Shown: positions 18,769 through 29,793, counted from the first letter of the stretch. The stretch is 64,000 nt of DNA from Acidobacteriota bacterium (GCA_965217775.1 CBDCJH010000002.1:4896001-4960000), one strand, 5' to 3'. Notes: generated by a model not told the origin, from the sequence alone. Translations and numbers: made by a program.

Positions 18769-20399
18769 TTCTCGATGGCTCGCGGCAGCTCGTCGGTCTC
18801 GAAATGAGGCCAGGGGTGAGGCTCACCGTTGCCGTCCACCGCTTCCACCCCCGAACCGGGACCCAGGACCTCTCCCACCAAGGTTGCCTGAATCCCCCGG
18901 TCTCCGAGTGCTTCCTGCAACCGCTCGCGGGAATCGGCTCGGCAGACGATGAGGAGACTGCCGGAGCCGATGAGTCCCAGCGGATCGATGCCCAGCAGGC
19001 GGCAGATCCGCGCCGTCTCCGGAAAGACGGGAACCTGGTGGATCCGGATTCGAATGCGGTGCCGCCCGGCATGGGTCAATTCCTCCAGGGCCGTGGCGAC
19101 TCCCCCTTCGGTCACGTCGTGGAGAGCCGAGACTCCTCCCGATTCCAGAGCCGTCCCGGCCTCGTCCAGAACGCTGATTCCGGGAGAGAAGAGAAACTGG
19201 GCGCTACGGGAAATATCAACCCCCGTGAGACCCAGACGGGCCAGGGCCTGGGGAAACTCGCGGGCCAGGATCGCAGTTCCCTCCACTGCCAACGCCTTGG
19301 TCAAGAGAATCTGGTCGCCGGTCCGGATCCGCTTCTTGTCCAAGAGCCGGCTACGCTTGGCTGTCCCCACCATCTGCCCAACGACGACCGGTTTGTTGAC
19401 GGCATCGGTGATCTCGGTATGGCCGCCGCAGAGAGTCACTCCCAGCCGGTCGCACCAGCACTGGAGACTCGCCATCAGCCTCGCGACCTGTTCGGCGGTG
19501 GTTCCCGGAGGGAACAGGAGGGTGGTCAGCAGCCAGCGCGGCGTGCCCCCGGACGTGGCCACGTCGTTGGCGTTGACCAGCAGCGCATAGTACCCCATCT
19601 CGTCGGTGGCGAAGGTGATGGGGTCCGACTTCAGGATCAGGACCTCATCTTCCTGTCCCAATGCCACGGCGGCCGTATCCTCTCCCACGCCGGGACCGAT
19701 GAGAAGCGACGGGTCGGCCGGCTCCCTCTTGTCCAGGAACCGGGCCAGCATGCGGTTCGGAAGTTTCCCCGACGCCAGGGGCAGCCTGTCGCGGACCAAC
19801 GCTCCCACTTGGGCCAGCGTCTCGACCACGTAGTCCGGAATGAGAGTGTCGGGCGGTTCCATCCGGCCGTTGGTCAGAAAGACCGTGGGCGCGCCGGCTC
19901 GGAGGCCCGCGTCGATGTCGAAATGGAAATCTCCCACCACCAAGGTCTCGCCCTCACTGACTCCCATGGTCCTGGCGGCGAGTCGGATCCCAGCGGGATG
20001 CGGTTTGGGCAAAACGCCGTCGTCCCTGGAGATGATGACGTCGAAATCGGAGGGGCCCACCGAGGGAAAATTTTCCAGGGCACGGACAACCGCGGCGCGG
20101 CTGTTCCGGCTCACGACGGCCAATGGCAGCCGCCTCGCCTGCAGCTCCCGAATCAGTTCCTCGGCGCCGTCGTTGGGCCGCGATCGGGCCGCGCCCTCCA
20201 TCTCGAAGCGGTGGAGGACACGCAGGCAGCGCCGGCGCCGATCCGGAGGAAGTCCCTGGATGTATTCCAAGATGGGGGCTCCGGCCGGACTGGCCAGTTC
20301 CTCCCGCAGCCGTTGGAAGTCGAGAGAACCAGGACGGGTGAGCGTGCCGTCGAAATCGAAGAGAATCGCCCGTATGGTCCGAACCGGCGTCGCCTTCAC
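18732..20399 (-). CDS. HAD-IA phosphatase fused to an AIR-synthase-related (PurM/HypE/ThiL fold) domain
   Basis: N-terminal LFDFDGTL, SRN, KPHP, VGDFHFD; C-terminal GKLP, GPGVGED, DPITF, NANDVATSG, GGHTE, HDVTEGG. Confidence 0.88.
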   Translation of the reverse strand: MKATPVRTIRAILFDFDGTLTRPGSLDFQRLREELASPAGAPILEYIQGLPPDRRRRCLRVLHRFEMEGAARSRPNDGAEELIRELQARRLPLAVVSRNSRAAVVRALENFPSVGPSDFDVIISRDDGVLPKPHPAGIRLAARTMGVSEGETLVVGDFHFDIDAGLRAGAPTVFLTNGRMEPPDTLIPDYVVETLAQVGALVRDRLPLASGKLPNRMLARFLDKREPADPSLLIGPGVGEDTAAVALGQEDEVLILKSDPITFATDEMGYYALLVNANDVATSGGTPRWLLTTLLFPPGTTAEQVARLMASLQCWCDRLGVTLCGGHTEITDAVNKPVVVGQMVGTAKRSRLLDKKRIRTGDQILLTKALAVEGTAILAREFPQALARLGLTGVDISRSAQFLFSPGISVLDEAGTALESGGVSALHDVTEGGVATALEELTHAGRHRIRIRIHQVPVFPETARICRLLGIDPLGLIGSGSLLIVCRADSRERLQEALGDRGIQATLVGEVLGPGSGVEAVDGNGEPHPWPHFETDELPRAIEKLRKEKREKRKE

Positions 20400-21664
20400 T
20401 CGCCTTCTCTGCGCCGGGACACTGTCTTCCGATCGAGATGTCTCCGGGAAAATTCGAAGACCGATTCCATTTCTCTTCCGATGGCCAACAGGTCCGCCTC
20501 CCGATTCGGAGGCGCCACCAACTGGAGGCCCAGGGGAAGTCCCGACTGAGAGAGGCAATAGGGCAGAGTCAGCGTGGGCAGCCCCGTATAGGTCCAGATC
20601 AGGCTGAAGCGAGGATCTCCCGTGGCCTCGATTCCGGCCGGCGCGCCTCCCGGCGCCGATGGACACAAGAGCACATGGAAATCAGCGAAAAGACGTTCAA
20701 CCTCCTCCCGGACACGCTTCCGGTGGCGCTGGATCCGCTCCAATTCCGCCGTTTCGATCCTCGCGCCTCTCTGAATCAGGGCGCTCAGCTTCGGAGGATA
20801 GGACTCTCCATAGTCCCGGAACAGGCTGCGGTGCACCACCGAGCCTTCAGCTTCCACCAGCGTCCAGTGGTTGTCGAAAGCCTCCTCGCAGCAGGAAGGC
20901 AGTTCGGCGGAAGAAGGCCGGAAATCCCCCGATTCCAGCCGGCGTCCCGCCTGCTCCAAGGCCGAGAGCATCTCCGTGTCGGCCGCTGCCACCAGAAGAT
21001 CGGGAAGCAGTCCGACCCGAACCGGCGATACCGCCGGCGCCGGCGACTCGCCCGTGAAAGCCAGGTATGCCGCCTGGCCGTCGGAAACATCAGCCGTGAA
21101 GAACCCGAGGCTGTCGAAGCTGGGAGCGAAGGGGAAGACTCCTTGGATGGGAATCCGGCCGTAGGACGGCTTCAACCCCACCACGCCGCAATAGCTGGCA
21201 GGCCGGTTGACGGACGCAACCGTCTGACTTCCCAACCCCAAGCGGATCATCCCGCACGCGACGGCGGCTGCCGAGCCGCTGCTGGAGCCGCCCGGAGTGT
21301 GATCGGGGTTCCAGGGATTCCGGGTGGGTCCGGGATCGAAGAAGGCGAAGGTGGTGGTCACCGTCTTGCTGAGCACGAAGGCGCCGCGCGCTCGGAGCGC
21401 TTCGACCACGGCGGCGTCTCGGGAGGCGGGGCGCCAGGGAATGAAATCGGCGTTGGAGCGCGTTGCCATGCCCTCCACGTCCACGATGTCCTTCACTCCC
21501 AGGGACCATCCCGCCAGCGGGCCCGATCCGGCCTCGGAGAAGCGCCTTCGGGCGGCCGCCTCATTCCAATCCACCAAGGCCCGCACCCGCGGCTCCCAGA
21601 ACCGAACCGCCTCCAGCCGGGATTCAAACTCCTTCGGATCGCTTCCCAGAGTCATGACACTCAC
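20396..21664 (-). CDS. Amidase signature family protein
   Basis: GVKD, TRNPW, TPGGSSSGSAAAVA, GSQTVASVNRPASYCG. Confidence 0.92.
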   Translation of the reverse strand: MSVMTLGSDPKEFESRLEAVRFWEPRVRALVDWNEAAARRRFSEAGSGPLAGWSLGVKDIVDVEGMATRSNADFIPWRPASRDAAVVEALRARGAFVLSKTVTTTFAFFDPGPTRNPWNPDHTPGGSSSGSAAAVACGMIRLGLGSQTVASVNRPASYCGVVGLKPSYGRIPIQGVFPFAPSFDSLGFFTADVSDGQAAYLAFTGESPAPAVSPVRVGLLPDLLVAAADTEMLSALEQAGRRLESGDFRPSSAELPSCCEEAFDNHWTLVEAEGSVVHRSLFRDYGESYPPKLSALIQRGARIETAELERIQRHRKRVREEVERLFADFHVLLCPSAPGGAPAGIEATGDPRFSLIWTYTGLPTLTLPYCLSQSGLPLGLQLVAPPNREADLLAIGREMESVFEFSRRHLDRKTVSRRREGE

Positions 21665-21740
21665 TCCAGTCGAATTTTTTGTCGAAATCCGCGCTTCAGC
21701 TTCAGCCGTTCAGTATGCCCGGGAGCCCCCACCTGCGCTA

Positions 21741-22742
21741 CTACCGTCTGTTCTTATGAGAGGCGGGTGACTCCCCTCCGGACCGAATCGCTTCCACCAG
21801 CCAGGAGTCCAGCATCAGTTGGCCGACATGGTAGAGCACACAGGGAATGGGCACGAGGCCGAAGCCGGGCAGGAACTCGGCGGAGACGTACAGGGCCGCC
21901 GGCAGGGTCTTCTGGGAACCGCAGAAGAGGAGCGCCGTCCGGTCTTCCCGATTCCACCCCAAGACCCGGCCCAGACTCCAGCAGAGTGCCGCAGCGGCGC
22001 CATGAACCGCAACGGTGACCAGGCTGACGGCGGCCAACTCCCAACCGGACATCTCCCCCCGTCCCGATTCCACGTCGGTGACTCCGGAGACGACGGCGCC
22101 GGACACGGCCAACAGGATCAGGAGACGGGAGGCGTGGGACAGAGTCCTGGCCTGTCGATGCACGATTCGAACCACGGGGCCGGCCAGACGCAGGCCCTGA
22201 CCCAGCGCCAATGGAGCCAGCACCACCAGTGCGAATCCCCCCATCATCTCTTCCAGGCTCAGTGTCATGAAGGTCCCGATGGTCAGGAACAGGATCAGCG
22301 GGGTGAGGAGAAACCCCAGACCATTGCTGGCCACCACCATCACCAGGGCCAGGGCGGCGTTGCCCCGTGCCATGCGGGTCCAGATGATGCTGGAGGCCAA
22401 GGTGGTGGGCATGGCGCTGATCACCAGGATGCCCAGGGCCAGGCTCGGGCTGGTCTCCAGCAGGAGCCTGGATGCACCGAAACCAAGGATCGCCACAACC
22501 GCATAGCCGATGAGCACCCCGGAGAGGACCCGTCCCGGCCCGCGCAGGGAGTTGAGGATCCTGCGTCCGTCCAGAGTCAGGCCGTTGATCAGCATGACCG
22601 CGGCCACGTTCCAGCCCGGATCCACGAACCTATGAAGCGGACGCAAAAGCTGCGGCCAATAGATGGGAGCGGCGACGGCAAACGCCAGCGCCAGCAGGAA
22701 CCAGTGTCTGGCCAGGAAGGGTGAAGCGGCCCAGCTACCCAC
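21741..22742 (-). CDS. Bile acid:sodium symporter (SBF-like) transporter
   Basis: About 10 TM helices with PTTLASS, GN.ALA, CGSQKTLP and YHVGQL; start approximate. Confidence 0.85.
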   Translation of the reverse strand: MGSWAASPFLARHWFLLALAFAVAAPIYWPQLLRPLHRFVDPGWNVAAVMLINGLTLDGRRILNSLRGPGRVLSGVLIGYAVVAILGFGASRLLLETSPSLALGILVISAMPTTLASSIIWTRMARGNAALALVMVVASNGLGFLLTPLILFLTIGTFMTLSLEEMMGGFALVVLAPLALGQGLRLAGPVVRIVHRQARTLSHASRLLILLAVSGAVVSGVTDVESGRGEMSGWELAAVSLVTVAVHGAAAALCWSLGRVLGWNREDRTALLFCGSQKTLPAALYVSAEFLPGFGLVPIPCVLYHVGQLMLDSWLVEAIRSGGESPASHKNRR

Positions 22743-23859
22743 CCAGATAGAGTTCCGTCGGATGGGAATTGAGCTGCTGAGGACCGCTTTCCGTGAGCCA
22801 GTAGGTGTTCTCGATCCGGAGGCCGCCCTGCAGCTCCGGGTTGTAGAAGCCGGGCTCGATGGAGATGACGTCGCCGAGTCGAAGAACGTGATGACTGTCG
22901 GGGACCAGGCGCGGGTTCTCGTGCCCCCCCATCCCGACACCGTGCCCCAGGTGGTGCCAGAAGGTGCCGGCGGAAAGCGGGTCCCGCTCCAGGAACGCCC
23001 GGATCGCCTGATACGCCTCCCGGGCGGGGCGGCCCGGTTCCAGCAGGCTCTCGGCCAGTTCCAGCGCCGCCGTCACGATCTCCCAACCCCGCTGCTGCAG
23101 GTCCGAGGGGGGACCGACGGTGAGGCTTCTGCAGAGATCTGCGCCATATCCCCAGCACTCGGGAAAGAGATCGTAGGGGCTGAGGTCCCCCGCCTCCAAC
23201 CTCCGGTCGATGGGTGGCCCTCCACTGCCGGTGCTTCGCGGTCCCGTGGCAAAATCGCCGCCGACCCTGATGGGCTCTCCGGCATTTCCGATCATGGCGG
23301 AAACGATCTCGATGTAGATCTCGAGCTCCGAGCGGCCCGGCGACAGAACCTCCCGCGCTCTGACGTAGCCCGCCTCTGCGACCCCGGCGACTCGTTTCAA
23401 AACTTCGATCTCGTCCGGGTCCCTCCGGCGTCTCAGATCGTCCAGCTCCGGAGAGACGTCCCGCACCCGCGAAGCCGGGAAGAGGTCCCCCAACAGTTCC
23501 AACACCAACCCGTTCGACGCCTCCTTGTCGGTCCCGATGCAGGGGGCCGATCGGCCTTTGAGCCTGGGCGCCAGAGCTTCCACGGCTTCCATCCAGGGCC
23601 GGTCCAGGACCCGCTTGGGCGAATAGCTCTCGAAGGGCACCACCTCGGCTCGGGCCGGGGCCTGCTGGGAGTCGGTGGCGAGCAGAGGAGTCCCCCGGCG
23701 TTCGATCCAGAGGAGGACCGGATGGCCGGGATCGACCACCACGGACTGGAGATGACGGACGTTTCTCGAGTCGGTGAGAAGGAGCGCATCCCATTTCCGC
23801 TCCTCCATCATCCGCCGGACCCGTCCCAGACGTCCGATGCAACCCTCTGTTGTCAGCAT
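22735..23859 (-). CDS. M24 family (Xaa-Pro peptidase/creatinase-fold) hydrolase
   Basis: Metal ligands retained: YDL...GYGADLCRS, HHLGHGVG, IEPG, RIEN. Confidence 0.9.
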   Translation of the reverse strand: MLTTEGCIGRLGRVRRMMEERKWDALLLTDSRNVRHLQSVVVDPGHPVLLWIERRGTPLLATDSQQAPARAEVVPFESYSPKRVLDRPWMEAVEALAPRLKGRSAPCIGTDKEASNGLVLELLGDLFPASRVRDVSPELDDLRRRRDPDEIEVLKRVAGVAEAGYVRAREVLSPGRSELEIYIEIVSAMIGNAGEPIRVGGDFATGPRSTGSGGPPIDRRLEAGDLSPYDLFPECWGYGADLCRSLTVGPPSDLQQRGWEIVTAALELAESLLEPGRPAREAYQAIRAFLERDPLSAGTFWHHLGHGVGMGGHENPRLVPDSHHVLRLGDVISIEPGFYNPELQGGLRIENTYWLTESGPQQLNSHPTELYLGG

Positions 23860-23880
23860 GGTTTGGAGCGCCACATTGTA

Positions 23881-23915
23881 TAGCAGCCCGTGGCAAAAGT
23901 CGTCGCGGCATCCGG
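23881..23915. repeat. Solo terminal repeat of MITE family A
   Basis: TAGCAGCCCGTGGCAAAAGTCGTCGCGGCAT matches the family A end. Confidence 0.7.
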
Positions 23916-23988
23916 CCCGTGGTCCGGCTTTCCCGTCCCGCCCGCCGAGCCGTCATCCGGCCGCGTTTTGTTCTGCTTTGGACCGAGG

Positions 23989-24014
23989 AGGGTGCCCACA
24001 AGGGGCACCCCTAC
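23989..24014 (-). repeat. GTAG-type REP element
   Basis: Reverse complement GTAG-GGGTGCCC-CTTGT-GGGCACCC-T. Confidence 0.75.
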
Positions 24015-24051
24015 CAAATATTTTTCGTCCATTATAGACTCGGCTGCCATT

Positions 24052-25188
24052 ATGCTTGAGAGAATGGTTGCGGTTCGCAAGATGCGGCCCGGGAAAGGCT
24101 TCGATGTCGTGGAGGTCCCGCTTCCGGAACTGGCGCGGGACGAGGTCCTGGTCGGAGTCGAGGCGGCCAGCATCTGCGGGACGGATCTCCACATCTGGAA
24201 CTGGGACGACTGGAGCGCGCAACGAATCCGGCCTCCATTGACCCTGGGGCACGAGTTCTCGGGAACCGTCGTGGACGTGGGAAAGGCGGTGAGCCGGGTG
24301 CGGGTGGGGGACTACGTCTCCGCGGAGAGCCACATCACCTGCGGAATGTGTTTCCAGTGCCGGACCGGCCAGGCCCACATGTGCCCCTCGACCCGAATCC
24401 TCGGCATCGCCAGGGACGGGGCGTTTGCGGAATACGTGGCGGTTCCGGAGAAGGTGATCTGGCAGAACGACCGATCCAAATTGTCTCCCGAGGTCGCCAG
24501 CTTGCAGGAACCTTTCGGCAACGCCGTCTTCGCCACCAATGCCCATGACCTGTCGGGCCAGAGCGTCGCCATACTCGGCTGCGGCGCCATCGGCCTGTTT
24601 TCCGTCGGCATTGCCCGGGCCTCGGGTGCGGCCCGTATCTTGGCCGTCGACCTGAACGACTATCGTTTGGGCCTGGCCCGAAAAATGGGAGCTCACCAGG
24701 TCCTTAACGCGGCCGAGGGCGGCGGCTCTTTGGAGACCGCCGATTGGCTGGTCCGGAACAACGGCGGCCTGGGCGTCGACATCGTCCTGGAGATGAGCGG
24801 GGCTCCGTCGGCCATCGACGCCGCCTTTCGCGGCGTTCGGAACGGCGGCCGGGTCACCTTGTTCGGGATTCCCTCGAATCCGGTGCAGATCGACGTCGCG
24901 GAACAGATGATCTTCAAGAACCTGACGGTTCTGGCACTCCACGGCCGCCGTATCTTCGATACCTGGTACCGGACCCGATGGCTGCTGGAAAGCGGGGTCG
25001 TGGACCTCAGGCCGCTCATCACGCGGCAGTTGGGGCTGCAGGACATCCACCAGGCCATGGAACTGCTGGCCAGCGGAGAAGCCTGCAAGATCATCCTGCG
25101 TCCCGGCGCCGATTACTCCGACTTCACCGGCAACTCGGTCCCCGAGACGTCCGGGACGTCCGCCGCGAGGGGTGCGATTCATCGGTAG
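24052..25188 (+). CDS. tdh: L-threonine 3-dehydrogenase
   Basis: [43 protein letters not shown]; adjacent to kbl. Confidence 0.93.
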   Translation: MLERMVAVRKMRPGKGFDVVEVPLPELARDEVLVGVEAASICGTDLHIWNWDDWSAQRIRPPLTLGHEFSGTVVDVGKAVSRVRVGDYVSAESHITCGMCFQCRTGQAHMCPSTRILGIARDGAFAEYVAVPEKVIWQNDRSKLSPEVASLQEPFGNAVFATNAHDLSGQSVAILGCGAIGLFSVGIARASGAARILAVDLNDYRLGLARKMGAHQVLNAAEGGGSLETADWLVRNNGGLGVDIVLEMSGAPSAIDAAFRGVRNGGRVTLFGIPSNPVQIDVAEQMIFKNLTVLALHGRRIFDTWYRTRWLLESGVVDLRPLITRQLGLQDIHQAMELLASGEACKIILRPGADYSDFTGNSVPETSGTSAARGAIHR

Positions 25189-25211
25189 CTTCCCCTTCAG
25201 TTGGAGAACCC

Positions 25212-26404
<1,193 letters not shown>

Positions 26405-26405
<1 letters not shown>

Positions 26406-27160
26406 TGGCTCTCGAACTGGAGGGAAGGGTCGCACTGATCACGGGCGCCGCCCAGGGCATGGGCAGGGCGGTGGCGGAGAGAATGGCCGCCGCGGGCGCT
26501 CGCCTGGTGCTCAACGACCGGAATCCCCAGACGCTTCGGGCGGCGGTCAGAGCCATGGAGGGGAAGGCTGCCGAGTTGGAGCCCGTGGCCGGCGACGTCT
26601 CTTCCGGCCGCGACGTGGCCCGCATGGTGGAGCAGGCGCTGGAACGCTTCGGCGCCGTCCACATCCTGGTCAACAACGCCGGTGTCCTGAGGCCGACTCC
26701 GGTCATCGAGATCGAAGAGGAGGAATGGGACTGGGTTTTGAACGTCAACCTCAAGGGCACCTACCTCTGCTCGCGGGCGGTGCTGCCCGCCATGCGCCGG
26801 GAAGGATGGGGACGGATCGTCAACTTCTCGTCCACGGCGGGCAAGAACGTCAGCACCCTTGGCGGGGCCCATTACACGGCCTCCAAAGCCGGCGTGCTGG
26901 GATTCACCCGGCACCTGGCCAAGGAAGAGGCTCGGCACGGGATTACGGTCAACGCGGTCTGTCCCGGACTCATCGACACCGAGATGGTGCGGGACACCAT
27001 CGACTCGGAGCGGATGCGATCCTACGCCCGGAGTTTCCCCGTCTCCCGTCTTGGGAAGCCCGGCGAGGTCGCCGAGCTGGTGGTCTTCCTGGCCTCGGAT
27101 CGAGCGGCCTACATCACCGGGGCTTCACTGGACATCAACGGGGGAGACCTGATGATCTGA
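26405..27160 (+). CDS. SDR family oxidoreductase
   Basis: TGAAQGMG, NNAG, YTASK; TGATG overlap with the kbl stop. Confidence 0.92.
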
Positions 27161-27176
27161 TTTCTGGAGACTCGAA

Positions 27177-28172
27177 ATGAAGATGACCTGGGAGCAAAGA
27201 GACTACGATCTGGAATTCTTTCACCGGGAACTGGATTCGTTCCTTCCCGACACGATCTTCGACGCCCACGCCCACCTCTACGAGTTGGGGCACTGGAAAG
27301 TCCGGACGGCCCTGGCCGCCGGTCCCGAAAAGGCGACCCTGGAGGTGTTTCAGGAACAGATCCAGTGGATCACACCCGGCCGGGAGACCCACGGACTCTT
27401 CTTCGGAGGCGGCCTGTACGAGCGCACCTACCGGGCGTCCAATGAATTCCTGGCCGGGGAAGCCGCCAAGGATCCCAAGTCCCGGGGGCAGTTGATCGTC
27501 TCCCCCCGGCAGGATCCGGAGGAAGTGCGGCAAGAAGTGCGGCGCCTCTCCATGGTGGGGCTCAAGGTCTATCATCTCTTCGTCGAAGACCGGCCCTCGT
27601 CCCACGACTCGGAGATCGAGGAGTTCCTGACCGAAGACCACGTGCGCATCGCCCATGAGGAAGGGCTCAGCGTCACGCTGCACATGGTCAAGCCCCGGGC
27701 CCTTGCGGACGCGGCGAACCAGGCCAGAATCCGAGACTACTGTGAGCGCTATCCCAACCTGCGGTTGATCCTGGCCCATGCCGGCCGGAGCTTCAATCCG
27801 CACCACACCATCGAGGGAATCCACTCGCTGAAGGGAATCCCCAACGTCTGGTTCGACACCTCGGCCGTCACCGAGGCCGGGGCCTTCGAGGCCATCGTGG
27901 ACACCTTCGGCCACGAACGGCTGCTCTGGGGATCCGACTATCCCATCAGTCATTTTCGAGGCCGCTGCGTCGGAATCGGAGACCAGTTCCTGTGGCTCTA
28001 TGAGGACACCCTCGACTGGAAACGGATCTCTCACGTCGAGATCCAACCCTATTTGGTCGGCATGGAGTCCCTGCGGGCTGTGAAGTTGGCCGCTACCCGG
28101 CTTCGTCTCACCGATACCCAGGTCGAGGACGTTTTCTGCAACAATGGGCGGAAGCTGTTTGACCTTGACTGA
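27177..28172 (+). CDS. Amidohydrolase family protein (Amidohydro_2-like)
   Basis: DAHAH, GLK.YH, LAHAG, FDTSA, LWGSDYP. Confidence 0.88.
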   Translation: MKMTWEQRDYDLEFFHRELDSFLPDTIFDAHAHLYELGHWKVRTALAAGPEKATLEVFQEQIQWITPGRETHGLFFGGGLYERTYRASNEFLAGEAAKDPKSRGQLIVSPRQDPEEVRQEVRRLSMVGLKVYHLFVEDRPSSHDSEIEEFLTEDHVRIAHEEGLSVTLHMVKPRALADAANQARIRDYCERYPNLRLILAHAGRSFNPHHTIEGIHSLKGIPNVWFDTSAVTEAGAFEAIVDTFGHERLLWGSDYPISHFRGRCVGIGDQFLWLYEDTLDWKRISHVEIQPYLVGMESLRAVKLAATRLRLTDTQVEDVFCNNGRKLFDLD

Positions 28173-28203
28173 GGACCGATCCCGTGCCGCCGACCGGCGA
28201 GTC

Positions 28204-28371
28204 TTGACAGCCCGTGGCAAGAGTCGTCACGGCATTCGGCCGGGTCTGCATCGTGCGCAGAACGCATGGCTCCTCGGTCACATACTCCCGGTATGCTCCC
28301 TCAGAGCGCCTTGTCCGGCGGGCGCAGCCCCAGTCTCGGTGCTGCGCGGGACTTTCACCACGGACTGTCAA
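28204..28371. mobile_element. MITE family A (reverse orientation)
   Basis: TTGACAGCCCGTGGCAAGAGT ... ACTTTCACCACGGACTGTCAA with the internal CATACTCCCGGTATG hairpin shared with the other copies. Confidence 0.85.
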
Positions 28372-28378
28372 CGAGAGC

Positions 28379-28654
28379 ATGACCGACCGGGAGACTTTGG
28401 AGAAGCTGGAGGAACTGCTGGCGCGGCTGGGCATCGACCTGATTCGCGAACCGGGAGAGTTTTCAGGCGGCCTGTGTCGAATCGGAGAAGAGAATCGATT
28501 TATTCTGAACCAGGCGCTGCCTTTGCCGCAGCAAATCGGAATCCTCTGCCGCGACCTCTCGGCCGTGGACCTCTCCGGGGTCTACGTTCTGCCCGTCCTG
28601 CGGGAGATGATCCGGGCCGCCACTCGGGCAGGTCCCTCTCTTGACCGTCCCTAA
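28379..28654 (+). CDS. Small hypothetical protein (91 aa)
   Basis: MTDRETLEKLEELLARLGI..REPGEFSGGLCRI...FILN; natural-looking composition, starts right after the MITE. Confidence 0.75.
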   Translation: MTDRETLEKLEELLARLGIDLIREPGEFSGGLCRIGEENRFILNQALPLPQQIGILCRDLSAVDLSGVYVLPVLREMIRAATRAGPSLDRP

Positions 28655-28696
28655 TCGTGGGACCGGGCGCCGCGCCGAAGGGAGATCATAGTGAAA

Positions 28697-29446
28697 ATGC
28701 GACCGAACAGGATAAAACAGAAGCTGGCCGCCGGCGAAACCGCGTATGTGATCGGAGGGCTGGGAAGCCCTGACGAGATCGATCAATTCGGGACCGTCGG
28801 TTTCGACGGGGTCTGGCTGGAGGCCGAGCACGGTTCGGTGGACTTCGCGGACATTCCCGACCTCACCCGGGCGTGCGATATCTGGGGGATGACCTCGATC
28901 CTGCGGGTCAACCAGAACCTTCAGTCCATCATCTACCGGGGGCTGGACCGGGGCGTCCAGGGAATCGTCGTTCCCCACGTCAACACCCGGGAAGAAGCCG
29001 AGAACGTGGTCCAGGGTGGGAAGTTCGCGCCCATCGGCCAGCGGGGACTCTATATGAGCCGTCAAGGCTACAGCGTCCCCAACTACTACGACGTCGCCAA
29101 CGACCACATCCTGCTCATGGTGCTGATCGAGGATATTGTGGCCGTGCGGAATCTGGACGAGATCCTGGAGGTGGACCACATCGACGTCTTCTTCGTGGCT
29201 CCCAGTGATCTGGCGGCATCCATGGGTCTGATCGGACAGCTCGGCCATCCCAAGGTCCAGGAGACCATCGACTACGCCCTGGCGCGAATCCAGCAGGGCG
29301 GGCGGGTCGCGGGCACCCTGGCCATGAACGACACGATCGCCCGCTACGCCGCCGCGGGCGCCCGCCTGTTCCTGACCGTGCCCTCCCCTTGGATTCAGGC
29401 GGGCGCCAGGGAATTCATGCGGCGCGGCGCGCCTCCATCATCGTAA
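28697..29446 (+). CDS. HpcH/HpaI aldolase family protein
   Basis: WLEAEHG, LDRG.QG..VPHV, G.RG, LIED, FVAPSDL. Confidence 0.9.
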   Translation: MRPNRIKQKLAAGETAYVIGGLGSPDEIDQFGTVGFDGVWLEAEHGSVDFADIPDLTRACDIWGMTSILRVNQNLQSIIYRGLDRGVQGIVVPHVNTREEAENVVQGGKFAPIGQRGLYMSRQGYSVPNYYDVANDHILLMVLIEDIVAVRNLDEILEVDHIDVFFVAPSDLAASMGLIGQLGHPKVQETIDYALARIQQGGRVAGTLAMNDTIARYAAAGARLFLTVPSPWIQAGAREFMRRGAPPSS

Positions 29447-29505
29447 AAGGGCGAACCAGGCAAAGTCGTCCGGTGGAGCCGGCCCCAATCGTCTATCATG
29501 GGGCG

Positions 29506-29793
29506 GCCGTGCTAGGCGGGGTGTTAGCGGTACCCTGATTCCCTGACAGCCAGGGAGGACTCGCAATCCGCTGGAGCGAGGCTGACGACTCCGCTGAGGG
29601 TTGCCCCCGGTGAGTCACTCCGTCCCGTGGGACGGTGTCGAACGTGGGGTCCTCCACAACGGGCGCCCGTGAACTTGGTCAGGTCCGGAAGGAAGCAGCC
29701 ATAAGCGGGAAAGCGTGTGTGTCGGAGGGGAGCTCGACGGGAGCCGGTTCGCGGTCCGGACCTCGCCGGAAGACTCGAAGCGGAGTGCACGGC
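29506..29793 (+). ncRNA. ffs: Large bacterial signal recognition particle RNA (Alu plus S domain)
   Basis: 5' GCCGTGCTAGGCGGGG..TAGCGG pairs with 3' GCACGGC; GCAATCCGC Alu loop; helix 8 TCAGGTCCGGAAGGAAGCAGC; TATCAT -10 at 29494-29499. Confidence 0.95.

Noticed and set aside
20396-21664. Amidase as a second gatA
   Set aside because: It lacks the GatA-specific SSNLARYDG and EVKRRI motifs, which the 50167-51666 gene has.
23890-24051. N-terminal extension of Tdh in the ORF track
   Set aside because: It runs through a MITE end and a REP; Tdh-like sequence starts near 24052.
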